Below are positions 1-9,116 of a stretch of DNA of 61,900 nucleotides, piece after piece (positions within the stretch are counted from its first letter, which is position 1; every line of letters starts with the position of its first letter). The translations under genes were made by a program, and so were the position numbers. The notes beneath the pieces are model-generated. The model had not been told where the DNA came from. It worked only from the letters and a program-made list of their open reading frames with translations, and did not search any database. The stretch is taken from assembly GCA_020724865.1 (NCBI GenBank), contig DYGA01000003.1:1-61900 (forward strand), read 5' to 3'. This DNA comes from Candidatus Paceibacter sp. GTDB taxonomy: Bacteria > Patescibacteriota > Patescibacteriia > S139-126.

Positions 1-1
1 A

Positions 2-76
2 ACAGGTTCTGCTGATTGGGCTAGTGGTCTATATGTGAAGACTTTACCATCTGATAAACAAACTCTACAGAAATAA
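2..76 (+). CDS. 3' end of a gene entering the window (…TGSADWASGLYVKTLPSDKQTLQK*), product unknown
   Basis: Open frame from the window edge to TAA at 74-76, followed by a strong terminator. Confidence 0.6.
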   Translation, partial: TGSADWASGLYVKTLPSDKQTLQK

Positions 77-122
77 TATTTTTTAGTTGATTGTATTATC
101 AGAAGTTTAGTACTTCCAAACT

Positions 123-161
123 TCCACCCCCTGTTCCTATGGCAGGGGGTGGATTGTTTTT
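123..161 (+). terminator. Intrinsic terminator
   Basis: TCCACCCCCTG/CAGGGGGTGGA 11-bp stem followed by a T-rich tail. Confidence 0.85.
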
Positions 162-164
162 GGG

Positions 165-238
165 TAGGATTTAGGATATAGGAGAAAGGGTATATGGTAG
201 ATAAAATTATTACTATATCCTAGTTCCTATATCCTAGC
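165..238. repeat. Inverted heptad array (TAGGATA family), no gene inside
   Basis: TAGGATT TAGGATA TAGGAGA AAGGGTA TATGGTA … TACTATA TCCTAGT TCCTATA TCCTAGC. Confidence 0.8.
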
Positions 239-367
239 CCCTGTTTTTAATTAGTATTTTTTATAAGTTTTTGTTATAATTTTTATAGTTTTTTAACCAT
301 AAAATAACCTTATTGGATAAGTCATGATTATAAAATTAACAGTGTAAGGAAGGTAAGTTTGTGTATT

Positions 368-471
368 AAATCAAAAGTCAAAACTTAAAATGCAAAAATA
401 CAATTCAAAAATAAAAAATAGTTTTAAGTTTTAAGTTGTAGTTTTGAGTTTTTATTTTTGATTTTTTACTT
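368..471. repeat. Inverted heptad array (TCAAAAN family), no gene inside
   Basis: TCAAAAG TCAAAAC TTAAAAT GCAAAAA … TTTTAAG TTTTAAG TTGTAG TTTTGAG TTTTTAT TTTTGAT. Confidence 0.75.
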
Positions 472-498
472 AAATAATAATTTTTAATTATAATAAAT

Positions 499-1302
499 AT
501 GGAAAACCAAACAGAAAATATCCCAACCAACCCACCAATAAGTGAAAATACAAACAAAAACCGCGCTTGGTATTTGGTGATAATTATTGCCATTTTGGCA
601 GTAGTTTCTTTTTTGGTTTACAGCAATACTAAAGATAAAACTCCGCAGATCAGTGAAAAGCCAACCAATGGCGATGTATTGTTGGGAGATGAAGAATTGT
701 CACAATATTTTAAAAATGAAGAAAAAAAATTGGCACCAGACGTTTTACCACCCGCAGAAATCAAGGCTAGGTTTGAAGCAGATTTAGCTGCCGCCAAACA
801 ATATATAATTGATGAAGAAAATAAAGAGATGGGCAGTCCTTATCAAGGTTATATGGGAGTTGCCAATACTTTGCGGGCTTTAGGAAAATATGAAGAAGCA
901 GAACAAGCATATCTTGATATGATAGCCAAATTTCCTGATGATGAGCTTATCTATCACAATCTTGGTGTTTTGTATGAAGATATGCATCAGTATTTGGAGG
1001 CGGCCAAAGCTTACACTACTTCTATTGCCAAAAAACCACAAGAATTGATTGCTTATATGAAGTTGGCTGATCTTTATGTAAAACATTCTACTCAACCAGA
1101 CAAGGCCAAAGAAGTGTATCTGAAAGCTTTGGAAGCAACCAACAATCATCCTGAAATGCTCAAAGCTTTTGCCAATTATTTAGAAACAGTAGAAAAAAAC
1201 TTACCCCAAGCCTTGCTGTACTGGAAAGAAGTGTTGAAAGCTTATCCTGAAAACCAAGCAGTCAAAGAGAGAGTAGAAGAACTTGAAAAAAAGACTAATT
1301 AA
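499..1302 (+). CDS. Membrane-anchored TPR protein
   Basis: One N-terminal TM helix; TPR patterns (YHNLGVLYEDM..Y.EA..AY; AYMKLADLY). Confidence 0.85.
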   Translation: MENQTENIPTNPPISENTNKNRAWYLVIIIAILAVVSFLVYSNTKDKTPQISEKPTNGDVLLGDEELSQYFKNEEKKLAPDVLPPAEIKARFEADLAAAKQYIIDEENKEMGSPYQGYMGVANTLRALGKYEEAEQAYLDMIAKFPDDELIYHNLGVLYEDMHQYLEAAKAYTTSIAKKPQELIAYMKLADLYVKHSTQPDKAKEVYLKALEATNNHPEMLKAFANYLETVEKNLPQALLYWKEVLKAYPENQAVKERVEELEKKTN

Positions 1303-1755
1303 TTTTAAATTTTAAATTATAAATTTTAAATCAATTTTTAATTTTTAATTAAAATATATGAGGAGAGAGAGTGCTAATTTTGACCTTGAAGAAAGGACAG
1401 CTAAGTTTGGTGAAGATGTATTAAAATTTTTAAAAGAAATAAAAATAACATTAAAAAATCAGTCAATTGTTCAGCAGCTTATAAAATCAGCAACTTCTAT
1501 AGGTGCTAACTATATGGAGGCATCAGGTGCAGAGTCAAAAAAAGACTTGAAACACAAAATAAGTATATGTAAAAAAGAAACCAGAGAAACAAAACATTGG
1601 CTCAGAATGATAGCTATTTTGCACTCTGATAGGAAAGCGCCAATAAAAATACTATGGCAAGAAGCACATGAACTTACTTTAATATTTTGTAAGATTATAA
1701 GAACTTGTAAAAATTAAATAATTTATAATTTAAACTTTATAATTTATAATTTCTA
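1300..1755. repeat. Inverted heptad arrays (ATTTTAA/ATTATAA family) flanking a four-helix-bundle gene
   Basis: Left ATTTTAA ATTTTAA ATTATAA ATTTTAA (about 1302-1330); right TTTATAA TTTAAAC TTTATAA TTTATAA (about 1722-1750). Confidence 0.75.
1358..1717 (+). CDS. Four helix bundle protein (23S rRNA IVP / TIGR02436-like)
   Basis: DLEERT..F, QL..SATSIGANY.EA..AES..D..HKI.I..KE..ET..WL motifs. Confidence 0.9.
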   Translation: MRRESANFDLEERTAKFGEDVLKFLKEIKITLKNQSIVQQLIKSATSIGANYMEASGAESKKDLKHKISICKKETRETKHWLRMIAILHSDRKAPIKILWQEAHELTLIFCKIIRTCKN

Positions 1756-1761
1756 AATCAA

Positions 1762-3954
1762 ATGTCCCAAAACACCTTAAAACGAATCATCCAAATAGGT
1801 CTGGCAGCAGTGCTGTTTGTCCCCATCCTGATCAGTGGCAAATTTTTGTTTCCTTATATTCATCTCAAAAACGCTTCATTTCGTGTGATAGTCACAGTTT
1901 TATTGGTATTGGCAATCTGGTATTTGTGGCGGCAAGGTCAGATTTATGGCAAGAAAAATTATGTATTGTATTCTTTTGCAGGTTTGTTTTTGATTGAAGT
2001 TATTGCCGGGGTGTTTGGGGTAAATCCATACAACAGTTTTTGGAGCAATTATGAACGGATGGACGGGATAGTTTTATTTTTTCATTTACTTGTTTTTTTG
2101 TGGTTACTGATACAATTTTTTCAAACCAGAGAAGAGTGGTTGTGGCTTTTGCGTTCGTCACTGGTAGTGGCTTTGATTTTGTCTATTTACGGACTTTTAC
2201 AGCGGGCCGGAGTTAGTAATGCTTGGATTTTGCCCAATGATGCTCCCCGCATTGCCTCAACCATTGGCAATCCGGCCTATTTTGGCGGGTATTTGTTGTT
2301 CCATGTATTTTTTTCTGGGATTTTACTTTATTTAGATAGGGTTAAGTGGCGCCAAGTGATTTATGCTTTGGGCATAATATTTTTTACCTATATGATGTAT
2401 ACTACTGGCACCAGAGGCCCTTTTTTGGGTTTTATTTTTGGTTTGGGAGTGATGGGGGTGATGTATTTCAAACACGCCAGTAAAAATTTAAAAGTCGGCA
2501 TAGCTATTGGGTTGTTGTTGATTCCTTTGTCAGGATTATTTTTGTATTCACAGCGCAATTCTGAATGGCTAAAAAATTATTCTACTTTTCACCGTATTGC
2601 CAATATCAATTTGAAAGATTTGACTACCATTGATCGTATCAATACTTATGTCACTTCTTGGCATGCTTATACTGACAGACCATTGCTTGGTTATGGGCCG
2701 GAAAATTATCGTTATGGTTTCAATAAATACTACAATCCCGAATTGCATGAGCAGTGGTTTGATCGAGCCCACAGTGTAATTTTTGACTATCTAAATTTGG
2801 GCGGTCCTTTGGCGTTGCTATTTTATTTAGCACTGTTAGGATCAGCAGTATATTATCTGTGGCAGGCAAGAAGAGATGATTATTTTTTGAGTGTGTTATT
2901 AATTGGTTTGATTTCGGCTTATTTTTTCCAAAATTTATTTGTGTTTGATTCATTGAATACATATTTGCCGTTGTTGGTGACATTAGCTATGTCGGCTTGG
3001 TTGTATAAGCGGCAGAAAAATGAAGTTTGGACTTTGCCGGCAAGTGTGCAGTCACTAATGATGCCGATATTGGGTTTGGCAGTAGTTTTGGTTGTATTTA
3101 GTAATTATTTTATTGTGATCAAACCCGCTCGAGCCAATTTGACTGCTATTGAAGCTTTCCGTTATACGCAAGCAGATCCCGCTAAATCTTTGGAACTTTT
3201 CCAGCAAGCTATAGATATGAACACTTATGGTAGCAGAGAAATAATGTTACAATTGAACAATTTTGCTTCACAAATTGCGCGCGATCAAAAACAAACTGCA
3301 GAGTTCAGAAAAAAAGTATTTGATGTTAATCGGCGTTATGCCTTATCTCATTTAGAAAAAGATCCAGCTGATATTCAATTTCGTATGCTGCTGGCAAATA
3401 CTTATCTCAACTACGCTGTGATTGATGGAACTTATTTACAAAAAACCGTTGATTTATTGGAACCGCATATTGTTGATTCGCCGGATCGATTGGAACTTTA
3501 TTTTACTTTGGTACAGGCTTATTTGGGGATGAACAATTTAGATAAGGCCGGTCAATATGCGAAAACTGCATTTGCCAAAACGCAAAACAAACCTTCAGTT
3601 TATTTGAATCTCATGAATTATTATGCCGCCGTCCGCGATCAAGAAAATTTTACTCGTCTAGCTGATGAATATGAAGTTAAATTTGATTTGGGATTTGCCG
3701 ACTGGCAGCAGTTGTCAGAGTTTTATTATAATGTTGGTTTATACGACCGCGCTGAGCGAATTTTGCGGGACAAAATCATTAGCCAAGATCCTAACAATTT
3801 ACAAAATTATGCCGGACTAGTAGCAGTTTTACGCGCTCAAGGTAGGTTGGATGAGGCTATAGCGCTATTAAATGAATTAAAAATCGCCTTTCCATCTGCT
3901 GCCCAAGATATTGAGAGTTATAAGAAGCAGTTGGAAGGAGAGAGGGATCAATAA
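1762..3954 (+). CDS. O-antigen ligase-like (Wzy_C) membrane protein with C-terminal TPRs
   Basis: Many TM helices; RIASTIGNP, TGTRG, RPLLGYGPENY, DRAHS motifs; TPR tail. Confidence 0.88.
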   Translation: MSQNTLKRIIQIGLAAVLFVPILISGKFLFPYIHLKNASFRVIVTVLLVLAIWYLWRQGQIYGKKNYVLYSFAGLFLIEVIAGVFGVNPYNSFWSNYERMDGIVLFFHLLVFLWLLIQFFQTREEWLWLLRSSLVVALILSIYGLLQRAGVSNAWILPNDAPRIASTIGNPAYFGGYLLFHVFFSGILLYLDRVKWRQVIYALGIIFFTYMMYTTGTRGPFLGFIFGLGVMGVMYFKHASKNLKVGIAIGLLLIPLSGLFLYSQRNSEWLKNYSTFHRIANINLKDLTTIDRINTYVTSWHAYTDRPLLGYGPENYRYGFNKYYNPELHEQWFDRAHSVIFDYLNLGGPLALLFYLALLGSAVYYLWQARRDDYFLSVLLIGLISAYFFQNLFVFDSLNTYLPLLVTLAMSAWLYKRQKNEVWTLPASVQSLMMPILGLAVVLVVFSNYFIVIKPARANLTAIEAFRYTQADPAKSLELFQQAIDMNTYGSREIMLQLNNFASQIARDQKQTAEFRKKVFDVNRRYALSHLEKDPADIQFRMLLANTYLNYAVIDGTYLQKTVDLLEPHIVDSPDRLELYFTLVQAYLGMNNLDKAGQYAKTAFAKTQNKPSVYLNLMNYYAAVRDQENFTRLADEYEVKFDLGFADWQQLSEFYYNVGLYDRAERILRDKIISQDPNNLQNYAGLVAVLRAQGRLDEAIALLNELKIAFPSAAQDIESYKKQLEGERDQ

Positions 3955-4052
3955 TTACTAATAACTAATTTCTAATTACTAATGAATTACTAATTAATTA
4001 ATTTATTAAATTAAAACATTGATTAGTTATTCGTAATTAGTAATTAATAATT
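3953..4052. repeat. Inverted heptad array (AATTACT family), no gene inside
   Basis: AATTACT AATAACT AATTTCT AATTACT AATGAAT … ATTAGTT ATTCGTA ATTAGTA ATTAATA ATT. Confidence 0.8.
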
Positions 4053-4219
4053 GACCAAAAAGTTATCCACTTGTCATCTAGAAGAATGTTTTTATAATAA
4101 AAATAAAGATAAATAATACTAGAAAGGAGGAAAATTAGTTAAAAGTTTATCTTGTTGAATTGTACCGCACCATCAGTGGCGGGTTTAACAAGAATTAAAA
4201 TTTGTAAAGTTAAAATCTT

Positions 4220-4323
4220 TGTCATGCTGAACTTGGTTCAGCATCTAAAAATAGACCATGAAACAAGTTCAGGGTGACAAAGATAAGTTCAGAGTGACAA
4301 AAGTAGATAAGTCCAGGGTGAGA
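4220..4323. repeat. REP-like palindromic doublet plus partial copies
   Basis: TGTCATGCTGAACTTGGTTCAGCATCT…AGACCATGAAACAAGTTCAGGGTGACA, followed by two half copies. Confidence 0.8.
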
Positions 4324-4499
4324 TACTAATAAATGGAAAATTAAAATTAATAATAATATCTATAAGTTTATTAAAAATACTACTAATTTTACCCTGTGGA
4401 AAAGTTATTATTCAAGGTAGTTAATATTTGGTATAATTTTAGCGAAAAAGTTATTTCGATTTTATTGATTAGTTTTGTTTATAACTCTTAGGGGAGAGG

Positions 4500-4527
4500 A
4501 ACGCCGCGCTGCAGCACGGCGTTTTTT
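4500..4527 (+). terminator. Intrinsic terminator
   Basis: AACGCCG/CGGCGTT GC-rich stem followed by a T run. Confidence 0.7.
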
Positions 4528-4532
4528 GATAC

Positions 4533-4553
4533 AAAAAAACAGACCAAGGCCTG
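4533..4553 (-). terminator. Probable terminator of the minus-strand glycan operon
   Basis: Minus strand CAGGC-CTTG-GTCTG followed by T7. Confidence 0.55.
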
Positions 4554-4654
4554 AAATTACTAATGATTAATAACTAGTAACTAATCAATGATTTAATTTA
4601 AAAATTAATTAATTAGAAACTCATTAGTAATTATAAATTAGTAATTAATAATTA
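4554..4654. repeat. Inverted heptad array (AATTACT family), no gene inside
   Basis: AATTACT AATGATT AATAACT AGTAACT AATCAAT … ATTAGTA ATTATAA ATTAGTA ATTAATA ATT; resembles the reverse complement of 3953-4052. Confidence 0.8.
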
Positions 4655-5785
4655 ATTGAAGTATATTTCCTTAGTTTTATTTATCATGTTGGCTATGTCA
4701 ATTTGTTTTCTCACTCGATCAAGTTGTTTTTGTTCTAGAGGAGTTTGATTTATAAGTTCAGAGATAGCTTGAATCAAGGCATTGGTATCATTTGACTCTA
4801 CCAACCGATAGTGGGTTTGCGGATAAAATTCCAGCATTTCAAAAATACCTCCTACCCGGGTAGCAACAATTGGCAGTCCTTGAGCCATTGCTTCCAATAA
4901 AGTATAAGGTAAACCTTCCTTGACTGATGGTAAAACAAAAACATTGAAAGCGGAAATAAATTTTTTAGCTCCTTGAATACTGCCTAACAAAAATACTTTG
5001 TTAGTTAATTTTTTTTGTTTAATCATGTCTTGTAAATAATTTTTTTCTGGCCCCTCGCCGATAATGGTAAAAATTGTGTCAGAGTTTGTTTTAACAATTT
5101 GTTCGGCAGCAGTAATAAGTGCCGGGAGGTTTTTGGTGGGGTAGAGGTTGGCTATTGAGCCGATGATATAATTGTTTGTTGTAATTGCTATGTTGGAGGT
5201 AAAATTCGCCAGTTTTTCTCGGGCTGATTGTTGGGAAAGATTGTCTGAATTATTTATATCAATACCGTTGTGGATAGTAACAATTTTATCCATAGGGAAT
5301 TTGTTGAGTCTGGCGGCTGAACGATCGTATTCGGATACGCAAATAACTTTGTTTTTATATTTGGCAGAAAGCTTTTCTGCCCACAAATAAATTTTTTTCG
5401 CAATATCAGACAATGGTTCCAAAAACACCCAACCGTGGGCAGTGTAGATAACTTTTTTATTTAAACCCCAAGCCGCTAGGGATCCCAAAATGCTAATTTT
5501 ACTACTGTTTAAGTGGATGATATCAGGGTTTAGTTTTTTGATCAGTTTTCTGATTGCAAAAATTGCCGCCAGGTCATAATGAGGTAAAATTGAACGTTTT
5601 ACATATTTTAGCTCATACCAAGGTATGCCGGCATCTTTTAGTTTCAAAGGCAGCCAATCAGTGTTGATACCTCCCGAGGCAACAGAAATATCAAATTCAG
5701 TTTGCAAATGAGTGGCCAAATCCAAAACATAAGCTTGGGCGCCGCCCGCTTCGGGTAAAGTGATTAGATAGAGAATTTTTTGCAT
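4652..5785 (-). CDS. Glycosyltransferase family 4
   Basis: GGAQ, YTAHGW, FVLPSVKEGLPYTLLEAMA motifs. Confidence 0.92.
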   Translation of the reverse strand: MQKILYLITLPEAGGAQAYVLDLATHLQTEFDISVASGGINTDWLPLKLKDAGIPWYELKYVKRSILPHYDLAAIFAIRKLIKKLNPDIIHLNSSKISILGSLAAWGLNKKVIYTAHGWVFLEPLSDIAKKIYLWAEKLSAKYKNKVICVSEYDRSAARLNKFPMDKIVTIHNGIDINNSDNLSQQSAREKLANFTSNIAITTNNYIIGSIANLYPTKNLPALITAAEQIVKTNSDTIFTIIGEGPEKNYLQDMIKQKKLTNKVFLLGSIQGAKKFISAFNVFVLPSVKEGLPYTLLEAMAQGLPIVATRVGGIFEMLEFYPQTHYRLVESNDTNALIQAISELINQTPLEQKQLDRVRKQIDIANMINKTKEIYFN

Positions 5786-5796
5786 AGCAAAAAAAG

Positions 5797-6224
5797 ACTT
5801 ATGATTTATGAGGTATGATTTAAGAATTCTTTTGTTTTTGTTAGAAACCCTTGCAGTAGAGCATGTGTAACATTTGCTTGTTCTACTAACGATTTTAAAT
5901 TTGTTTCATTTAAATAACCAACATCTTTAGCAATCAATATTTGGTCTTTCAATTCAGTTAGAGAACCTTGGGCTTGATAATAAAAACGTAGTTTATCTTT
6001 ATAACCTTGTCTACCAAATCCTTCAGCGATATTACTGGTTACGGAGCTAGATGACCTTCTCATCTGATCAACCAATGAATAAGTTTCTTCTTTAGGAAAA
6101 TTTTTGGTTATAGAAAATATTAATATGACTAGTTTATGTCCTTCCTGCCAAACTTTTAAATCAGTAAAAGATTTTATTTTATTGTTTTCTGAATTATTCA
6201 TAAATCTTAAATCATAAATCTTAT
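5797..6224. repeat. Inverted heptad arrays (ATCATAA/ATCTTAA family) flanking and overlapping a four-helix-bundle gene
   Basis: Left TTATGAT TTATGAG GTATGAT TTAAGAA; right TTCATAA ATCTTAA ATCATAA ATCTTAT; the arrays contain the gene's stop and start codons. Confidence 0.8.
5806..6201 (-). CDS. Four helix bundle protein (23S rRNA IVP family)
   Basis: SFTDLKVWQ, FPKEETYSL.DQMRRS..SV.SNIAEGFGR, A.GSL.E motifs. Confidence 0.93.
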   Translation of the reverse strand: MNNSENNKIKSFTDLKVWQEGHKLVILIFSITKNFPKEETYSLVDQMRRSSSSVTSNIAEGFGRQGYKDKLRFYYQAQGSLTELKDQILIAKDVGYLNETNLKSLVEQANVTHALLQGFLTKTKEFLNHTS

Positions 6225-6997
6225 TTACTAATTATTAATTTTTTAACCAAGTATCTCGCTGTTCTTCGCGCATATGCCCCCAAAAATCCAGGATAATCTC
6301 GTCGGTATTTTACCACCAATCTAATATTCATTTTCATCATAGCAAGTAATTTTTTTTTGGTCACGTTGGTTTCGTGTTTCCGATATTTTGTAAAATAATC
6401 TGGTAAATTTGCTATTTTCCACATCACGGCCATACGTAACCATAGATCATAATCTTCCAAAAAAGGTAAAGATTCATCATAACCTTTTAAGTGGGCAATT
6501 CCTGCCGTTCGCATCAAAACACTGGAATGGGCTAGGGGGTTTTTGTAAAGAATTGTTTTTTTGATTTGTTTAGAATCTGTGGGATTTTGGTATCTGCTTA
6601 TTTCTTTACCTTCGGTATCAATTACAATTACGCCAGTGCCTACCACCGCACAATCTGTATGAGTATTTAAATATTCAATTTGTTTTTTCAATTTTTCTTT
6701 ATCTGCCCATAAGTCATCACTATCAAGAATTGCCAAAAATTCACCTCGCGCTGCTTTTAATCCTTGATTGCGGGCGGCGCTAATCCCAGGATCATTTACA
6801 TTTTTTATATACACAAATCTTTTGTCGTCTGCTGCCAATTCGCCAATTATTTTGGCAGTAGTTTCATAGTCACCATTATCCACCACGATCAATTCCCAAT
6901 CAGTGACGGTTTGGTTTAATACAGATTGAATCATCTCGGGAAGGAATTTTTCCCGTCCTTGGTGGGTAAGGGTGATGATGGATACTTTTGGAATCAT
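6221..6997 (-). CDS. Glycosyltransferase family 2
   Basis: ELIVVDNG, SAARN.G, LDSDD, EDYDLWLR. Confidence 0.92.
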   Translation of the reverse strand: MIPKVSIITLTHQGREKFLPEMIQSVLNQTVTDWELIVVDNGDYETTAKIIGELAADDKRFVYIKNVNDPGISAARNQGLKAARGEFLAILDSDDLWADKEKLKKQIEYLNTHTDCAVVGTGVIVIDTEGKEISRYQNPTDSKQIKKTILYKNPLAHSSVLMRTAGIAHLKGYDESLPFLEDYDLWLRMAVMWKIANLPDYFTKYRKHETNVTKKKLLAMMKMNIRLVVKYRRDYPGFLGAYARRTARYLVKKLIISK

Positions 6998-7004
6998 TCA
7001 AAAA

Positions 7005-7076
7005 GATTTAGGATTTAAGATTTAGGATTTAAGAATGATTTTCATAAATCATAAATATCATACTTCATAAATCATA
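7005..7076. repeat. Inverted heptad array (ATCATAA family), no gene inside
   Basis: GATTTAG GATTTAA GATTTAG GATTTAA GAAT … TTCATAA ATCATAA … ATCATAC TTCATAA ATCATA. Confidence 0.8.
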
Positions 7077-7911
7077 TAGTTTGCCAATCTTTAGGTAGTA
7101 AGTCGCGATAGTGCTGCTGATATTTATTGTTCCATTTTTTGGGAGCAATGACAATTTTGTTTTGATTTTGATTTATGTAAGCCGCCCACCAAGAAAAAGT
7201 GCTGTTGGCAATTATTTGGTGTTGACATTGACTCATCAATATCAGTTCTTGGGCAGAATCACTGTTTTTTTCAGCTGCTACATAAATGGTTGGTTTATCG
7301 GTAATTAAATTTTTTTGTGCCCAAGCAATATCATCAGAAAAAACAAAATAAACCGGATTGCTAAGTTTATTCTTTATTAAATCCAAAGCTTGCTGATAAT
7401 AATTTATATCTATTGTCTGATGAATTGATTTAATTTTTTGGTTATAAGCAAAATCTCCGCGTCGGATATGAACTGCTACTGATTGATTAGATATTATTTG
7501 GTTACTGATATTTTGGTAATAATTATCCAGCGGTTTTTTTAAAGTGATTTCAGTAAGTAATTTATCTCGGATTGGATCTAGGTATTTATAGGATTGGAAA
7601 TAACCTTCAAAATAATGTCTTTTACTAGAAAGCAAAGAGGGGATATAGCCAATATTAAATTGCCGGAAAAGTTTTTGTTTGATAAATCTGGCATATGGTG
7701 GGGGAGTATATTTTTTTAGCTCATCTGGGGTGGCAATATCTGCTTGGATGTTGAATTTAGACAAATCAAAGTCACGTTTAGTGTCTTTGCCTTTCCCCAA
7801 AGCTGAAATATCCAATTTTAGTTGTTCATTTCTTTGTGTAGTCAAAAGTCTGCCAAATCCGTATTGGAATAGTTGATTGCCTAGGCCCCCTTTTAGTTTG
7901 ATGATTATCAT
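7072..7911 (-). CDS. Alpha-1,2-fucosyltransferase-like, GT11
   Basis: GGLGNQLFQY, VHIRRGD, FVFSDDI, IIANSTFSWWAAY. Confidence 0.92.
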   Translation of the reverse strand: MIIIKLKGGLGNQLFQYGFGRLLTTQRNEQLKLDISALGKGKDTKRDFDLSKFNIQADIATPDELKKYTPPPYARFIKQKLFRQFNIGYIPSLLSSKRHYFEGYFQSYKYLDPIRDKLLTEITLKKPLDNYYQNISNQIISNQSVAVHIRRGDFAYNQKIKSIHQTIDINYYQQALDLIKNKLSNPVYFVFSDDIAWAQKNLITDKPTIYVAAEKNSDSAQELILMSQCQHQIIANSTFSWWAAYINQNQNKIVIAPKKWNNKYQQHYRDLLPKDWQTI

Positions 7912-7928
7912 TTAATTATTTATTTTTT

Positions 7929-8139
7929 TGTCATCCAGACGTGTCATCCTGAATTTATTTCAGGATCTATTTTAGATTCCGAAACAAGTTCGTAATGACA
8001 TTTATATTTTATTATCATTCTGACTTGCTTGTCACGTCACTCTGATTTATTTATCTTTGTCACCCTGATTCGTTTGTTTATGTAATCCTGAATTTATTTC
8101 AGGATCTATTTTAGATTCCGAAACAAGTTCGGAATGACA
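7929..8139. repeat. REP-like cluster: two 59-bp palindromic doublets plus fragments
   Basis: 7942-8000 and 8081-8139 (TGT[C/A]ATCCTGAATTTATTTCAGGATCTATTTTAGATTCCGAAACAAGTTCG[T/G]AATGACA) differ at 2 positions. Confidence 0.88.
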
Positions 8140-8180
8140 ATTATTTAAATCATAAATCTTACTTCTTCAATCATACTTTT

Positions 8181-9116
8181 TCATTTTATCAACTCTTTTA
8201 ACAGAAAAATTTTTTCTTTAGGTACGGCAATTAGATTATCGTAATTTGATATATCAGGAATAAATTTAGGATTTTTTAAATTGCCATTCAGGTCAGCTTC
8301 AAAAATTTGGTAATTATTTTCCCTCAATATAGCAATAGAGGTGTTTTTATTTTTTTCCCACTCTTTTTCAAAGGTTATTTCAATACTAATTAATGGGCGA
8401 TTTTTTGAAGCTAATATCTGTTTCATTCCTTGTAATATTTTATATTCAGCACCTTCCGCATCGATTTTTATAAAATCAGGGGTAATTTTATTTTCTTGAC
8501 AAAAGTTATCAATATCTGTAGTCGGTACAGTAATATGTTTTTCTTCTTTGTGCAGAAAAGCATAATTATTTTCTTGACGATTTTTAAAAGTATTGAAAGC
8601 ACTATATTTTGGTCCATAATCCAAAAAATCGATTGAGGTTTTTTTATCCAGTGCAGCTAGATTGAAATGATAAATGTTTTTGTTTTTTGCTAGTTGGCTG
8701 TTTAGTTGCAAAGAATAAAATGTCCTTGGTGTTGGTTCTAAAGCATATACTTTACCTTGCGATTCAACCAAGTGTGAGGCTAGCATTGAATAGTAGCCAA
8801 CATGAGCACCTATATCCAAAAATGTATAACCTGGTTTTAGAAAATTAATCAAAAAATTGGTTAAATTGGCTTCAAAAAATCCGTAATACTGTAAAGCATT
8901 TGCTTCTGGTAGGTAGTAGGTCATCTTTTGTCCCCAAAGTGTTTTTTTATAAACGCGATAAGGTTTTATGTAGGCGAGTAGAGCCATAATATAAAAAATG
9001 CCTGTTCGTATCGGGTCTTTGATTAGTCTTTTTAACCGATTATTGTTCAATTTATATAACTCATAACGATGTAATATTTTGAATTTTAAATTATTTTTAT
9101 CTATAGTAGTTGGCAT
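8181..9116 (-). CDS. FkbM-family methyltransferase
   Basis: FLDIGAHVGYYS, ALEP, FIKIDAEGAE. Confidence 0.92.
   Translation of the reverse strand: MPTTIDKNNLKFKILHRYELYKLNNNRLKRLIKDPIRTGIFYIMALLAYIKPYRVYKKTLWGQKMTYYLPEANALQYYGFFEANLTNFLINFLKPGYTFLDIGAHVGYYSMLASHLVESQGKVYALEPTPRTFYSLQLNSQLAKNKNIYHFNLAALDKKTSIDFLDYGPKYSAFNTFKNRQENNYAFLHKEEKHITVPTTDIDNFCQENKITPDFIKIDAEGAEYKILQGMKQILASKNRPLISIEITFEKEWEKNKNTSIAILRENNYQIFEADLNGNLKNPKFIPDISNYDNLIAVPKEKIFLLKELIK

Noticed and set aside
405..593. 62-aa minus-strand ORF
   Set aside because: Antisense to the TPR gene and runs through a heptad array; low complexity.
1369..1377. GAGTGCTAA CIRCE half-site
   Set aside because: Inside a coding region with no matching left arm.
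4063..4403. DnaA-box-like TTATCCACT and TGTGGAAAA (possible oriC)
   Set aside because: Only two imperfect boxes and no dnaA/dnaN context.
1358..6201. Diversity-generating retroelement suggested by Avd-like four-helix-bundle genes
   Set aside because: No reverse transcriptase and no TR/VR pair with adenine-specific mismatches seen in the window.
7929..8139. CRISPR array
   Set aside because: Only two long palindromic units plus fragments, no regular unique spacers and no cas genes; the pattern is REP-like.
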